From positions 62,001 to 126,000 of the forward strand of contig NW_026864722.1 of NCBI RefSeq assembly GCF_026571515.1: a stretch of 64,000 nt of DNA, written 5' to 3'. This document shows, piece by piece, positions 38,154 through 50,407 of this stretch. Position 1 is the first letter of the stretch; every line of letters starts with the position of its first letter. The translations under genes were made by a program, and so were the position numbers. The notes under the pieces were generated by a model. The model was given only the letters and a program-made list of their open reading frames with translations. It searched no databases and had not been told where the DNA came from. Source of the stretch: Ruditapes philippinarum. Taxonomy: Eukaryota.

Positions 38154-40105
38154 ATGGCATTTACACCACCGGTGATAATAATATTGTTTTATCTTGTGAC
38201 GTCATCAGTGGCTGACAATACTGACAAGCCAGTAACAGAAACTCGTGACATAGCTAAAGAATTTGACGATTTCAAAAAATATGTTTCAACAAAACTTGAA
38301 GCTATGGCCGAAACCCATGCACGAGACATGCACAAGCTCGAGGAAATTATAAATGCTCAAGGAATGCAAATTCAAAAGCTTGAATCTGACAATGCTATGA
38401 AGGATTCTGCAATACAGGATCTGCAAGGAAAAATAGAAAAATTGACTGCGAAGAAAAACAATGGTTTTCAAAGTGCTGGGAAATCACAAAGCGATGAATC
38501 TTTTAAAGAAACGTCTACCAAATCACAAGTCTCCCCCAAAAAGAGAGGTAGGCCTTAAATTTCTGTTTCAATGAAGCTATCTTTTACAATATTTACTCTT
38601 TATTCATATTCAGAATGTCACTTACATGATTTTAAATAAAGTAATCCTTAAAGTGGATAAATCTATAATGGAAGGGATATAATACATTTAAACCTGTGTT
38701 AAAGACCACCTTCAAATAAAGGCTTTAATGTAAAAAAGGCCAGTCTTCAGCAACCCTTCATTGATTAAATAGAACATTATAACCTCCAAATAAAGGCAAC
38801 TTATCTATAAAGGTCAACTTTGGTCTCTCCTTTTGGTGGCCGGTGTGAAATATAAGATCCAATATTACATATTTTATATTATACAATTATTGACTAGTGA
38901 GCCATTGAATATGATGTGATATTCACCGGCAGATGACATATTGACCGAGGCGATAGTTTTATTATATGAATAGGCTAAGAAATTTAAAAAATCACAAAAG
39001 TGCAACCTTATAATTATACATGTACAAATTTTGCCTCGTTGAAGCGCGGGAAGAAAGATGCACGTGTTAGGTGTGCAACGACTACGCGAACGCTGCGCAT
39101 ACAAAAATAATTCAAGTTTAGACTCATTATTGTGGTGTAACCCTTAAGTATGATAGTAAAGTATTGATATTTAATCGAGAAATATGCCATAAAGAAAAAA
39201 AGCAACAATTATTTTTTGAATAACACTCGTAATTAACAGTCTACGGTGTATGATCATTGAATATGAGTCTCAATCTATTTTTAGACTGGGAAAATCCAAT
39301 TCAGCCAGTGAATATGATACTAAACCCAGTAAATATGATTTTATAAAAAGTTCTGTTGACTACTGATTGGACCAATGAGATTGCAGCTATATTTAGATCA
39401 TATAATAAAGCTGAATATATCTTGTTCTTGAACAGAATATTATTATTCGTTCATAATGATTACATTATCAAATTTTTTGACAAGCAGTATTTTTAAGAAT
39501 ATTCATATGATACATCATCAATATTTGCCATACTTATGGAAAATTTACCCATTGTATACATATCCACTTTAAGTCCAGATTTTTATTTTATAAAATATAG
39601 GGAAAAACAGAGATTTTAAATGCGTTACATTTCTTTGTTAGAAAAAGTGCTTTATCTTTAAGGTCAACAACATAAGATGGTGGGAAGAGCAAGCGTGGAA
39701 AGCAAGGTTGCATTTTTTGCCACAGTTACAACACAACTTGAACATTTGGGAAAAGACCAAGATATCATATTTGACCACGCTGTTACAAATGTTGGTAATG
39801 GTTACCTACCACATCATGGAACGTTTGTGGCTCCAGTCTCTGGTACGTATGTGTTCTCTGTCACACTTCTGCATGGGGAGGAAGAAACCACATATGGTCA
39901 TTTTGTTGTAAATGGATCAATTGTTGCGAAATTATATTTGTATAGCCAACAAACCTCTCAGCTTATCATTGTTAATCTAAGAAAAGGAGATGATGTTTCT
40001 GTTCAAAACGCAGATCTTGATCGGACCTTTATCTGTAGTCAATACTGCACATTCAGTGGATTTTTGTTATATGAAGTTTCCTCTGTAGATCAAATTGTTG
40101 GCTAA
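38154..40105 (+). CDS. C1qDC protein, unit 9, ~278 aa; exons 38154-38547, 39663-40105
   Basis: Signal peptide, coiled coil, in-frame phase-1 intron, complete gC1q. It is the most diverged intact subfamily-A head. Confidence 0.9.
38880..39405. mobile_element. ~0.5-kb insertion in the unit-9 intron (unclassified non-autonomous element)
   Basis: Absent from paralogous introns at ATTTTATATAGCAGATA. Ends are approximate. Confidence 0.5.
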
Positions 40106-41126
40106 ATAAAATTTGTCTTTACTTATAGTTATTTATGTATTTGACCGTTTCTATTTTTGTAACATATTCTTGTTGTTTTATAGGGTGTCGGCCTAGTGAA
40201 TTTTCGTACTCTTTGTTCTATAGTATATCAGTCACATTTGAGGCTTAACTCTCGACGAATTATATACTGTCTTCAACATTAAACATCAACACTATCTAAG
40301 TCAAATGAGGCCCAAAATATAATATGTTAGCCATATACTTTTTCAGAAATCTTCATTTTGTTGTAACATTGTTTAAATTCACCACTTTAAAAACTCCTGA
40401 ATGCAGATTTTAATGGAGTGATATTTTTAACGAAATATCGGTAAGGTTCTTGTTTATAAATTTCGTTTTCTTAAAGTGTTTTTTTATTATTTCATACGAA
40501 CAATGGATTAATCAAAATATTCTTTAAAAATCTGGAAACAAAGTGATCCCTTGGAAGCATTAATCACAATTAACTCGGTTTGTAGAGACGTACATGAACA
40601 CTTTATTGTGCTGGCATCAATGATCCTGAAGGACCAGAAAAATTGAACAACACTGAAGTGAAGTACGAGGCAACTTTTTACAGCTGCCACACGGCACTTG
40701 AAACCTGCTGGTGTGAAGGATAAAAATCTGGAAACAAAGTGATCCCTCTAATATATTAAATAAATGATATTATTTTGGCATAATCATACGATATATCATT
40801 CTTAATCAAATTTGATTATAAAAAATATTTGATGTAGTCTTCCTTTAATATAATAAATCTTACAGTTTTTTTTGTGTTCATTTCAAGACACTTTTTAAAA
40901 AACTATGGCAAAGTTTGGTAAACTTAGTTAAGTATTTCTGTTTTAGATGATAAGACTAAAATCACTAGATCTAAAGGCAATTCCTTATAATCATTTTTGA
41001 CCGTCCATTTGAAACTAAACTTTTAATAACCTTACTTAACCTTTTACAACGTCTGAGAATAATTCATTTACTTGCTAGCAATATTAACATCAAACCAAGT
41101 ACTTTTAAAGCAATGCCCTTATCATT

Positions 41127-42087
41127 TCTAATTATTACCCCTCACTTTTTTCGTAATGCTAATTTCCCATAGGCCTCTGGGAGTTATTCTTACTGTTAAT
41201 GCAAGTGTACCACGTGACTACGAATTTTGTACTGTTACATAGGTAACAGTATTTTTTAACAGTATAAAATCTGGTCACGTGGTCTATTTTCTAAATAAAA
41301 TGAAATAAAATGGCCGCCATTTTTTCTCGATTCATTCTTATTTTCGACGATAGGGCATCGCCGAAGTAACTATTACTCTGATAAAATTTAGTTCTTTGCA
41401 ACCTAGAGTCCCTTTCGCGTATTAAATATCTTTTTGTTGAATAGTCAACAGGAAACATCCGTTTTCAACGGAAATAATTGTTATGTAAATAATTTTGTGT
41501 GAAACTGGAACATGCAGACAATTAAAGCATGCAACAAAGGATAATTTAACATTTTAACCAGTGAAACGTTACAGATACAGTAGAGTTGGTGGACAGACAT
41601 CTGTAGGATATCATCGTTATTTTCTAAATGCACTTTGTCAAAAACTATGCGAAGAATATTCTGGATGCAGAAGGATCAGATTTCACAGATCATGACCTTA
41701 TAAATGGGTTAGTGTTTTGTTTTCTGAACAAAACACAGCTTATTTTATGTTTATGACTGGTAGATATCATCACTTGCCTAAGGAATAAAAGAAAAAAATC
41801 TTCTCAAGTAGGCCTACAGTGCACTTAAACTTGCAAGGTAAGGACAGTTTAGTTATTGCTTCTCTTGGCTTATTTTTGTTACAGTTAGATTTAGTTGAGA
41901 AATTCAGATTATCACAGTATTTGTTCGGGGTAATAAAATAAATAACACATGGGTTTGTGGGTAACAGTAAAAATATCATCCCTCGTATAAATACTGTTAC
42001 CCTCGGCTACGCCTCGGGTAACAGTATTTTCCTCGGGATGATATTTTTACTGTTACCCACAAACCCATGTGTTATTTATATAATAGT
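41127..42087. mobile_element. ~1-kb unclassified insertion ending in a 142-nt palindrome (41938-42079)
   Basis: Interrupts sequence homologous to the 3' flanks of other units. A long near-perfect hairpin is centred on CTCGGCTACGCCTCGG. Confidence 0.55.
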
Positions 42088-43213
42088 ATGCTACATGACA
42101 TAGAAACCTGTCAACAACTATCACCTTTTTATACCTGTAGGCAAAGTAAGTCAAAAAATTGTGAAGACAGTGGTATTTTTCTGCTAAAAGTCCTGAATGC
42201 TAGATTATTAAATTGAAAATGTTGCAAGCTCGGTTTGATCTCGTATGTTCATTGACGGTACAGTCAAGTGCAAACTACTGTCAATGCGCCTCCCTCTCAC
42301 CGGCTTAAGTAGAATTCAACATTTAAACATGAAAATGGTGAAACATTGAATTTAGAAGTGTTCATACGGCGGTCATCATGGAACCTTCAATGTGAAATAT
42401 TCGTGCCATTTTATGAAAAGCGATGTATGACCCATGGCCCCCAAGTTAATGAAAGTGTGTGCCTTGATTGATGCCAACACTATAAAGCGTTGCGAATTGA
42501 GAACCGCTCAAGCCGGTGCTAGGAGGCGTGAGGGATGTTGCACTTATACATTATCCCTCATGTACAGTCTCAATCAAACCGAGTCTGCAATTCTTATGTT
42601 ATTTTGTTGTGATTAATGCTTCCGAGGGATCACTTTGTTTCCAGAATTTTAAAAAAAACGTAGCCCCCGACACACCCCAGCTACCATAGCAGGGTACCTA
42701 GAAGGCACCATACCGGACCGGGAGAGGACAAAACTTTGTGACAAAGGGACGGACGCGCGGATGAAGATTAACAATGGTGTTCTTACATTTGTTTTAGGTG
42801 TTTTCCCCATTGTGCCTTTTATCCACATGCAACTGTTTGTTTCTTATGGCTGAGTGGTTGCCTTTACTGGTTGAAGCACCAGAATTGCAACCTCGGTTTA
42901 ACACTGATTGACCGTACAAGGCGACTAAATGAGTTCAAATAAATTAAGTCTCTGCGTCTCTTAGCTCCAGCAGCTGTGGTGGTTTTGACCCTTGGTGTTT
43001 CTTTAGGTATGTAACATTTGACGACAGCAAAAGACATCATTTCTATTTCGGCGCCTCAGTAACTAAATGATGTTGGTGTGCCGTTAAACCAAAACAAACT
43101 AATAAATCCATATGAAACCCTTACATAATGAAAAACATCAATTAATTCAACTGTTATCTTATTTTGCCATAAACAAATAAGCTCTGATTTACGTAAACCA
43201 GGAGACATTCATC

Positions 43214-44274
43214 TATGGAACGTCGTGACTGTCTTATGTGATCAATTTTTTTGCTATCTTGTTTAAGCATGTGCAATTTACATAATGTCTTGTCAAACGA
43301 TCATGATGACTTGTTCAAACAGCATTTTAATTTCTCAAATTATTCTGATGACATGTGCCGACAACTTGTTAACTTGTCAAAGTATCGTGATGACTTGTGC
43401 TAGTTATCAAGATACTTTGACAAGTTAACATGTTGTTTGAACAAGTCATCATAATACTTCTACAAGTAAACATGTTGTTTGCACATGTTATCACGATAAT
43501 TCGAAAAGATAACATGCTACTTGCACATGTCATTACGATAATTTGACAAGTAAGCATGTCCTTTGCACATATCATCACGATAATTTGACAAGTTAGCATG
43601 TCCTTTGCACATATCATCACGATATTTTGACAAGTTAACATGTTATATGCACATGTCATCAAGATAATTTGACATATTAACATGTTATCTGCACATGTCA
43701 CCATGATAATTTTACAAGGTAACATGCTATTTGAACAAATCAGCATAGTCCTTTGACAATACATGGTGAAAATTGCACGTGTTAACATGCTGCTTGAACT
43801 CCAAAATAATATCATGTCACAAGATGGCAAAAACATTGATCACATAAGACTACGGAAGCTTGTATGTACCCCGCTATGAAGACATGAAGTCATCTCCCTC
43901 GACTTATAGAACACAACAAGTCGTCATAATTACGACGACAAGTTTATATATACCATGTCATTTTGACAAAATATATGTCATCATGTCGCGATACGGTATC
44001 CCGACTTTCATACGTTAATATATTTGTCGACTAGAAATAGCATGGATGTCGACATACATGTTACTTCAAGTCGACAAATTTATTTATGCAAGAAAGTCGG
44101 GATGCCGTATCTCGACATGATGACATATATTTTGTCAAAATGACATGGTATATATAAATTTGTCGTCGTAATGTTGACGACTTGTTGTGTTCTATAAGTC
44201 GAGGGAGACGACTTCATGTCTTCATAGCGGGGGTACATACAAGCTTCCGTATGAGACAGTAATGGTGTTCCATA
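43214..44274. mobile_element. MITE with TATGG...CCATA termini, 6-bp TSD and internal ~21/42-bp minisatellite (IS3EU-like)
   Basis: TTCATC is duplicated at 43208-43213 and 44275-44280. The ~50-bp TIRs are imperfect and the right one is split by a nested element. Confidence 0.8.
43851..44251. mobile_element. Nested foldback MITE, TACGG...CCGTA, ~160-bp TIRs, 6-bp TSD (IS3EU-like)
   Basis: Arms 43851-44009 and ~44092-44251 are near-perfect reverse complements, flanked by TAAGAC/TGAGAC. Confidence 0.85.
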
Positions 44275-45665
44275 TTCATCCTTTCCATGCGGCGTTTTCG
44301 CCGGGGTTGATAAGATAAAGCATGCAAAAATCTTGGTCGTTAGAGATTATACTATCTCCCTTAGGGGCAGATCAAACGAAATAACGACGAAGATGCATAC
44401 TTATGTTTCTAGGACATATCTGTGTATAACCATTGAAATATCAACTCTATGTTGCACACTACTGTATACAGACACCAAATTGTATAATAGAAAAATTAAA
44501 ACAATGAGAAACAAAACCTGAAAAAAAAACCATCTCGACGACACATATGAGTATATAATGTAAATGCGCAAAAAAGTATACCTGATACCAAAACGATAAA
44601 GATTTGATTGTGGTATCCCTAAAATGTACATTAGATTCTGCATTACACATACAGCCTGACTTGAACCTCGACTATGTTATAGTTTTCTATCCTTGCAATT
44701 TTAAACAGAGAAAAACGGAATCCCTAAAGAACGTCCAAAACGACAAAATTGTAACAATTTGCAGTCTCGGTCTGATTGAGCCTGTTCATGGAGTTCATGG
44801 GGTATTAGAAAGTACAAGTTAACTTCCACGCCTCCTCACACCGACTAAAGAGGAATTCAACATTTAAACACGAACTCTTACCTTTTTATTCCTTCAGCTT
44901 AATGATCTGATCATGCTTTTGAGTGAATTAAATTGAAAGGCATCTTCCAGCCTTAAACGATTCAGATATATTTGAGATAATGTCCACCATAGTTTAATAT
45001 GTATAACACATCTTTAATTTCACAAATAAAGATGGAAGGTTTCTTAAGTAAATGTTTTATAGCTTGTTGTTTCGTGCTACTGGGCGTTAAATGCGATAAA
45101 ACTTTGGCCCAAAATGTGAATGAAAAGAAAACAATTTCAACAAGCGAGGTCAAGGAATATGTCAAGAGTATTGTTTCTGATTTAATCCAAAAGCAGAATC
45201 GAGATATTGATCAACTTAAGAAGATGGTTGTCTCGCAGGAAATGAAAATAGCAAAACTAGAAAAGGAAACGCTTGCATATCAAACTGTTGTTTCAGAGTT
45301 AGAAACGACTTGCATTTCTAGAGTCGAACAGTGACGCAACGCGTTCCGAAAATGGAAATGTAACTAACAAAGATGGATCTGAAAAGGATGTTAAAACAAG
45401 TCAAATAAGAGATATAGCGACAGGTCAAAATGTAAAACCCGGTAGGCTATTAAAGCTTCTTCAACCATCGGCATTATTTCTATATTTTATCTGATCTGAT
45501 CATATAAATAAAACAGCCTATAAAAATCGATGATGCCCGACTTATACTAATCAATGATTAAATAATTTCAATTAATGTAGTTCAATTCAATTTTAAAGTT
45601 GAAACGGCAATGGAATGTTCCATTAATTTGTTTAAATACAAATTAAAGATATGTACATGTAATAT

Positions 45666-47084
45666 TTTATACCCCCGACAAACGAAATTTGTGGGTGTAT
45701 ACTGGAGTCAGCTATTGGTCGATCTGTCGGTTCGTTGCAGATTTCTTGTCCTGGACATAACTTAGAATCAACTTCAAATTTTGTAGGTATAAAGATCTCA
45801 TTGAGAAGAAGGAAAATGCAAAAGAACCATAACTCTGCTTTCTAATTTTAAGGGTATTGTACTTTGTTTCTATTACACTTTGAACTTTGTCCGGAACATA
45901 AGCGGTATTGACAAGAAACTTTGTAGGTAGATAGATCTTATTGAGTTAAAGTGCAGTGCAAAAGAATTGTGACTCTATCTTGCTTAATTTTGGAGTAATT
46001 GCCCTTTGTTTATTTTTACACTTTGAACATTGTTCGGAACAAAACTTTAAAACCACATAGGATATAAAGAGGAAACTTTTTAGGTAGTTGAGTAGAAGTG
46101 CAGAGCAAACGAATCGTAACTATTATTTCCATAATTTGGATTTGTTGCCCTTTGTTCATTTTTTACACATAACATAACTCTGAAACCACAAGGTTATTAA
46201 CAAGAAACTATGTAGGTAAGTAGATATCATAGAGTAGAAGTAAACTGAAAAGGAACCGTAACTCTGCCTTGCCTAATTCAAGAGTTATTTCACTTTGTTC
46301 ATTTTGAACCTTGAACATTTTCCGAGGCATAACTCTGAAATCACAAGAGATATCAACTTCAAATGTATAGGTTGATTGATCTCATTAGATTACAGTGCAA
46401 TGTAAAATAACCATCAATCTGCCTTCACTTATTTTGGAGTTCTTGCCCATTGTACATTTTTACACTTTTAACTTTGTCCGGGACATAAATTTGGAACTAT
46501 TAAAGGTATCAACTTGAAACTTTATAGGTAGATACGTCTTAATGAGTAGAAGGGAAGAGCAGAAGAACCATAACCCCTTTCCCATTTGGAAAGTTTTGCC
46601 CCTTGTTCATTTTTTTCAATTTGTATTTGTCCTGGACATAACTTTAGAACTATACAAAAGGTATCAAATTGAAAGATTATAGATAGATAGATCTCACTGA
46701 TTAAAAGTGCAGTGTAGAATAACAGTAATCTTACCAACCCTAATTTAAGAGTAATTGCCCTTTGTTGATTGTTACATATTGCACTTTGTCCAGAACATAA
46801 CTCTGAAACTATAAGAGATATCAACAAGAAACTTTATAAGTAGATAGATCTCATTGGGTAGAGGTGCAGAAATCTCTGGCAGAAAGTATGTTTTTCCCTT
46901 GAAAGAAGTAATGAAAACTTCAATTCCAAACTTTAATTTCTCTTATTGATGTAGGACAAATAATTCAAAAACATTTTTTTTAAAAACTATAAACTACTGC
47001 ATTCCCCCTATTTGCAAACTCATTTAATTTACTAAAACAATCGCGTGTCGGGGATATTTGGCATTTGTGACCATTTCTGCTTGT
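45666..47084. mobile_element. HINE/pearl-like element with ~8 tandem 140-155-bp repeats, in the unit-10 intron
   Basis: Subterminal inverted repeat TATACCCCCGACA / TGTCGGGGATA, a 5' hairpin, a GTC-rich tract and GGACATAACT units. Absent from the paralogous unit-11 intron. Confidence 0.78.
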
Positions 47085-47486
47085 ACATGCATCAGGCTAC
47101 AATATGTAATCATAATTATGTTTACAACAATTGATTTTCTGATTCTGGAATTAAACCGCATCGGCAAACTTTATTTTAGAATTCCTATATCGAATAAGGA
47201 GGGCAACCGTTGAACCTGGAGTAGCGTTTTCCGCATCTATGAACGTAAGTTCGCTTGTTGTTGGTACAAAGCAAGATATAGTGGTCGACCATGTGATAAC
47301 CAACGTCGGAAATGGATACAACAATCACCATGGTACTTTTTTAGCACCAGTGACTGGAACCTACGTATTTTATTTCTCCTTGCATAGCCCAGGTGCAAGA
47401 GCCGACCTAGTATGGAACGGATCTGTTGTAGCTAATATGTTTATCAAAGATGATCAGGCATCCCAATTGGTGATTCTGAATATTAA

Positions 47487-47795
47487 AAAATAGATAAATA
47501 CAGAATTCCTAAAGAAAGCCCAACACGGCAAAATTGAAAATTTTGCAGGCTCGGTTTGATTGAGCCTGTTCATGGACGGTACTGGAAAGTGCAAGTTACC
47601 GTCCACGCCCCCTAGCACCGGCTTGAGCAGAATTCAACATTTAAACATGAAATAGTAAAATTTTGAATTTAGAAACATCCGCAGATGTGTTCATACGGTG
47701 GTTATCATGGAACCTTCAATGTGACACTTCCGTGCCATTCCACGAAAAGCGGCGTATGGTCCCCAAGTAATAAAAAGCGTGTGCCCTAAACGAAA
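47487..47795. mobile_element. Apparently full-length copy of a ~300-bp interspersed repeat, inserted in a gC1q exon
   Basis: Absent from unit 11. Partial copies occur in both orientations near 3262, 11795, 12035, 14392, 17632, 18670, 34235, 36731, 42225, 44703 and 57710. Confidence 0.8.
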
Positions 47796-49292
47796 AAGCC
47801 GGCGACGAAGTTTCAGTTCAAAATATGGTATCAGGTTACCAATACTGGGGAAGTGGTTACAGTAGATTTAGTGGCTTCCTTTTGTACGAAGGAACGGCTT
47901 CGACCCAGATAGTTGGTTAAGTTATATCAAAACCTGAACGTACTTCTTGTCGATTTATGTGCTGACCAGAACATGAATGTTTACATCAAAATTAAAGCAA
48001 TACACAAAAATAGATGTCATTTCAAATATTTCCCCCACGAACGAGTGGATGTTCAATACTGAAATTATTCAACGTGTTTAATAAGTTAAGTAATGAAGCT
48101 ATACGGATAAAATATTGTATTCATTACATAGTGTAACCAAAATAGTAACAGTAAAAAAGAATCATGCTTAACTGATGCGCTTATACTGTTACGGGAAAAT
48201 TTTGTATGATTACTTTATGTCAGCATAACGTATCTGACGTCTCGTCTAAATATCATTCGTATCGGTTTTATGGAGCCGATATGCGGCATAAGTATGTGAT
48301 AAACGCTTTGTGATGACATGTAATAAAAAAATGTGCATGTATGTCAACTATTCAAACGGACTATGTTAATAATAAATATATTTATATTTGTTATCTGCAA
48401 TCATGTTTGTCACTTTTATAATCATACAAGGATCTTGCTTCAATAGTTGAACTTTTCAAATTACATGTTTATCACATACCAGTGCGCTTTTGCGACTCCG
48501 TAAAACTGGTATTGCATCGCCATGCATATTTTTTTTTACGTGACGTCCTTTGCGTTATGCAAACATAGTGTAAAACATGCTGAATGTTAGCGTTTCACTT
48601 TAATAGCGTCGATGATTCCTTTTACACTTTAAACGGTCTTTATTTTGGGTATGCGATAAACAGAAAATCATATCCTTGTAAGCTCATTCCTGAATTTTAT
48701 TGAACATGTTGAATAAAATAAAATAATATCAAATTCGTTCAGTAATTCAGTATTGAACATACACTCATTTAATTTCCTATATATTACATATTTCGTTGAA
48801 AAAAATGCCTGTTAAGCGTATGTCATATTAGTAGTGTAGACATACCATAGATTTTTTAAATGAGTAAACATGTGAATTCATTTTATTTTAGTAATATAAA
48901 CATACTTCAGATTCAATGATAAACCGTATGCATTCATACAATTTTTAACAAGGTTTACATACGATAAATAAAAGGACTTGTGACTTAGTGATGTAACATG
49001 CTTGCCGTTTGTACCAGTACCAATTTGATGATTTTATTCTTAATGAAAATGTAAAGAAATGCAATATTTCTAGTTATAATACAATTTTATTATTGTACCT
49101 TTATTAAAAAAAGAGTTGACCATGGGATGAGAAATTACGCATGTAAAACATCGGAACCTAACATGGTCAGTCCTTACTAACAGTCAACTCAATACAATTT
49201 GATATAAGGGACATCACTACATCATAATTGCTTCTTAGGTTATCTCAGCGTTTTGTTTTTTATAAAGTTGAATATATAGAAATGAAAATGAT

Positions 49293-49512
49293 TAATAAAT
49301 AAATAAATAAATAAATAATAAACAGGGAAAAGCCGGATCACTCGCTATGAATTAAACAATATGATGTTATTCAGTTACGACCGTCACTGATTTTTCCTTT
49401 ACATGAGATTATTAGTTACAGCAAGAACATGTTCATAGTTTTATATAAACGTCAAAGTTCAACAACGTTTTTTGTGTTTTGTGTGTTGTTGTTGTTGTCG
49501 TTGTTGTTGTTG
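49293..49512. repeat. Short microsatellites (AATA)n at ~49293-49320 and (GTT)n at ~49485-49512
   Basis: Directly visible in the sequence. Confidence 0.8.
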
Positions 49513-50243
49513 TTTTTTTAATTTGATAATGTGGTTTCATTGACAACAGAACAGCAGAAGACCTGCTTGGAAGATTTGTAATGATCGCGCCTTTAGTTTA
49601 TGTGAGGGAACTGCATAAAATGCTTACTTGAGCTCGGCGTTTCGATTAAGCCTTAAAATGCTAGGATCAGTGCATCAAGGCTTATCCCACCATTATATAT
49701 GGAAAGCCATTGTGCAAAATTAGCAGTCTAGTGTTGAACATAATGATACAATAAAGGGAACAGGTATTACTTCAATGAAATAAAACAAAATAATACGCAA
49801 ACAATTTAGACCCGATCCTAAATTGAACTGTTTTAGTGAAAACATTGCTGATAATGTCTAATTATATCCCGTATAAAACATTTATTTGACTCTGTAACAA
49901 GCAATACTGTTATGACTTAATAATATTCCTGAAAGAAGCTTGCATTGGGCAGCACGTTATTGCCTAAAATACTTATAAAATAATAGAGGCAACGTTTTTA
50001 AAAGTCACTCCTAAAACTTATGTTTTTACAAAAATATTCACAGGAACCTTTAAAAGATAGTACGGAAAATTAAAACTATACAGATGCATGATAAGACAAA
50101 ATAAGAACGTAATATTTCCAGTTTCAGAAATGAATGTAGATGATGAAAAAAAAAGAAACATAATCGGATTCAATAAATATTATAGCAAAAAGTGTTATAT
50201 TCAATACTTGTAGAACTATACTTTCAGTCACACCTTTGACAAA

Positions 50244-50407
50244 TTATTCGGCAATCTGATAACCAGCTGCCCAGATTTTCATTGCGTTTCCTTTTTTCCA
50301 TTTATTCACAATTGGAATAATAAATGCAAGTACATCTGCAAGATATGCCAGTCCTTCTAATAGATGAAGAGAAGCTATGTAAGAGCCAGTTACATCACGA
50401 AGACCAC
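50244..50407 (-). other. Duplicated terminal exon of the SLC16 transporter gene (orphan exon or alternative last exon)
   Basis: Reads GLRDVTGSYIASLHLLEGLAYLADVLAFIIPIVNKWKKGNAMKIWAAGYQIAE* with an intact CCAG acceptor. About 400 bp of upstream intron matches 55358-55765. Confidence 0.7.

Larger units (their letters stand above)
45032..47920 (+). pseudogene. C1qDC subfamily B unit 10: frameshifted stalk (45032-45441) and head (47180-47920) interrupted by a ~300-bp repeat
   Basis: Paralog of unit 11. A 2-nt deletion near 45308 gives TGA at 45334. The head breaks at LNIK and resumes as AGDEVSVQNMVSGYQYWGSGYSRFSGFLLYEGTASTQIVG*. Confidence 0.85.

Noticed and set aside
43369-43836. 155-aa Cys/Met-rich repetitive ORF on the - strand
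   Set aside because: It is the translation of the minisatellite inside a TSD-flanked MITE, with no splice or domain support.
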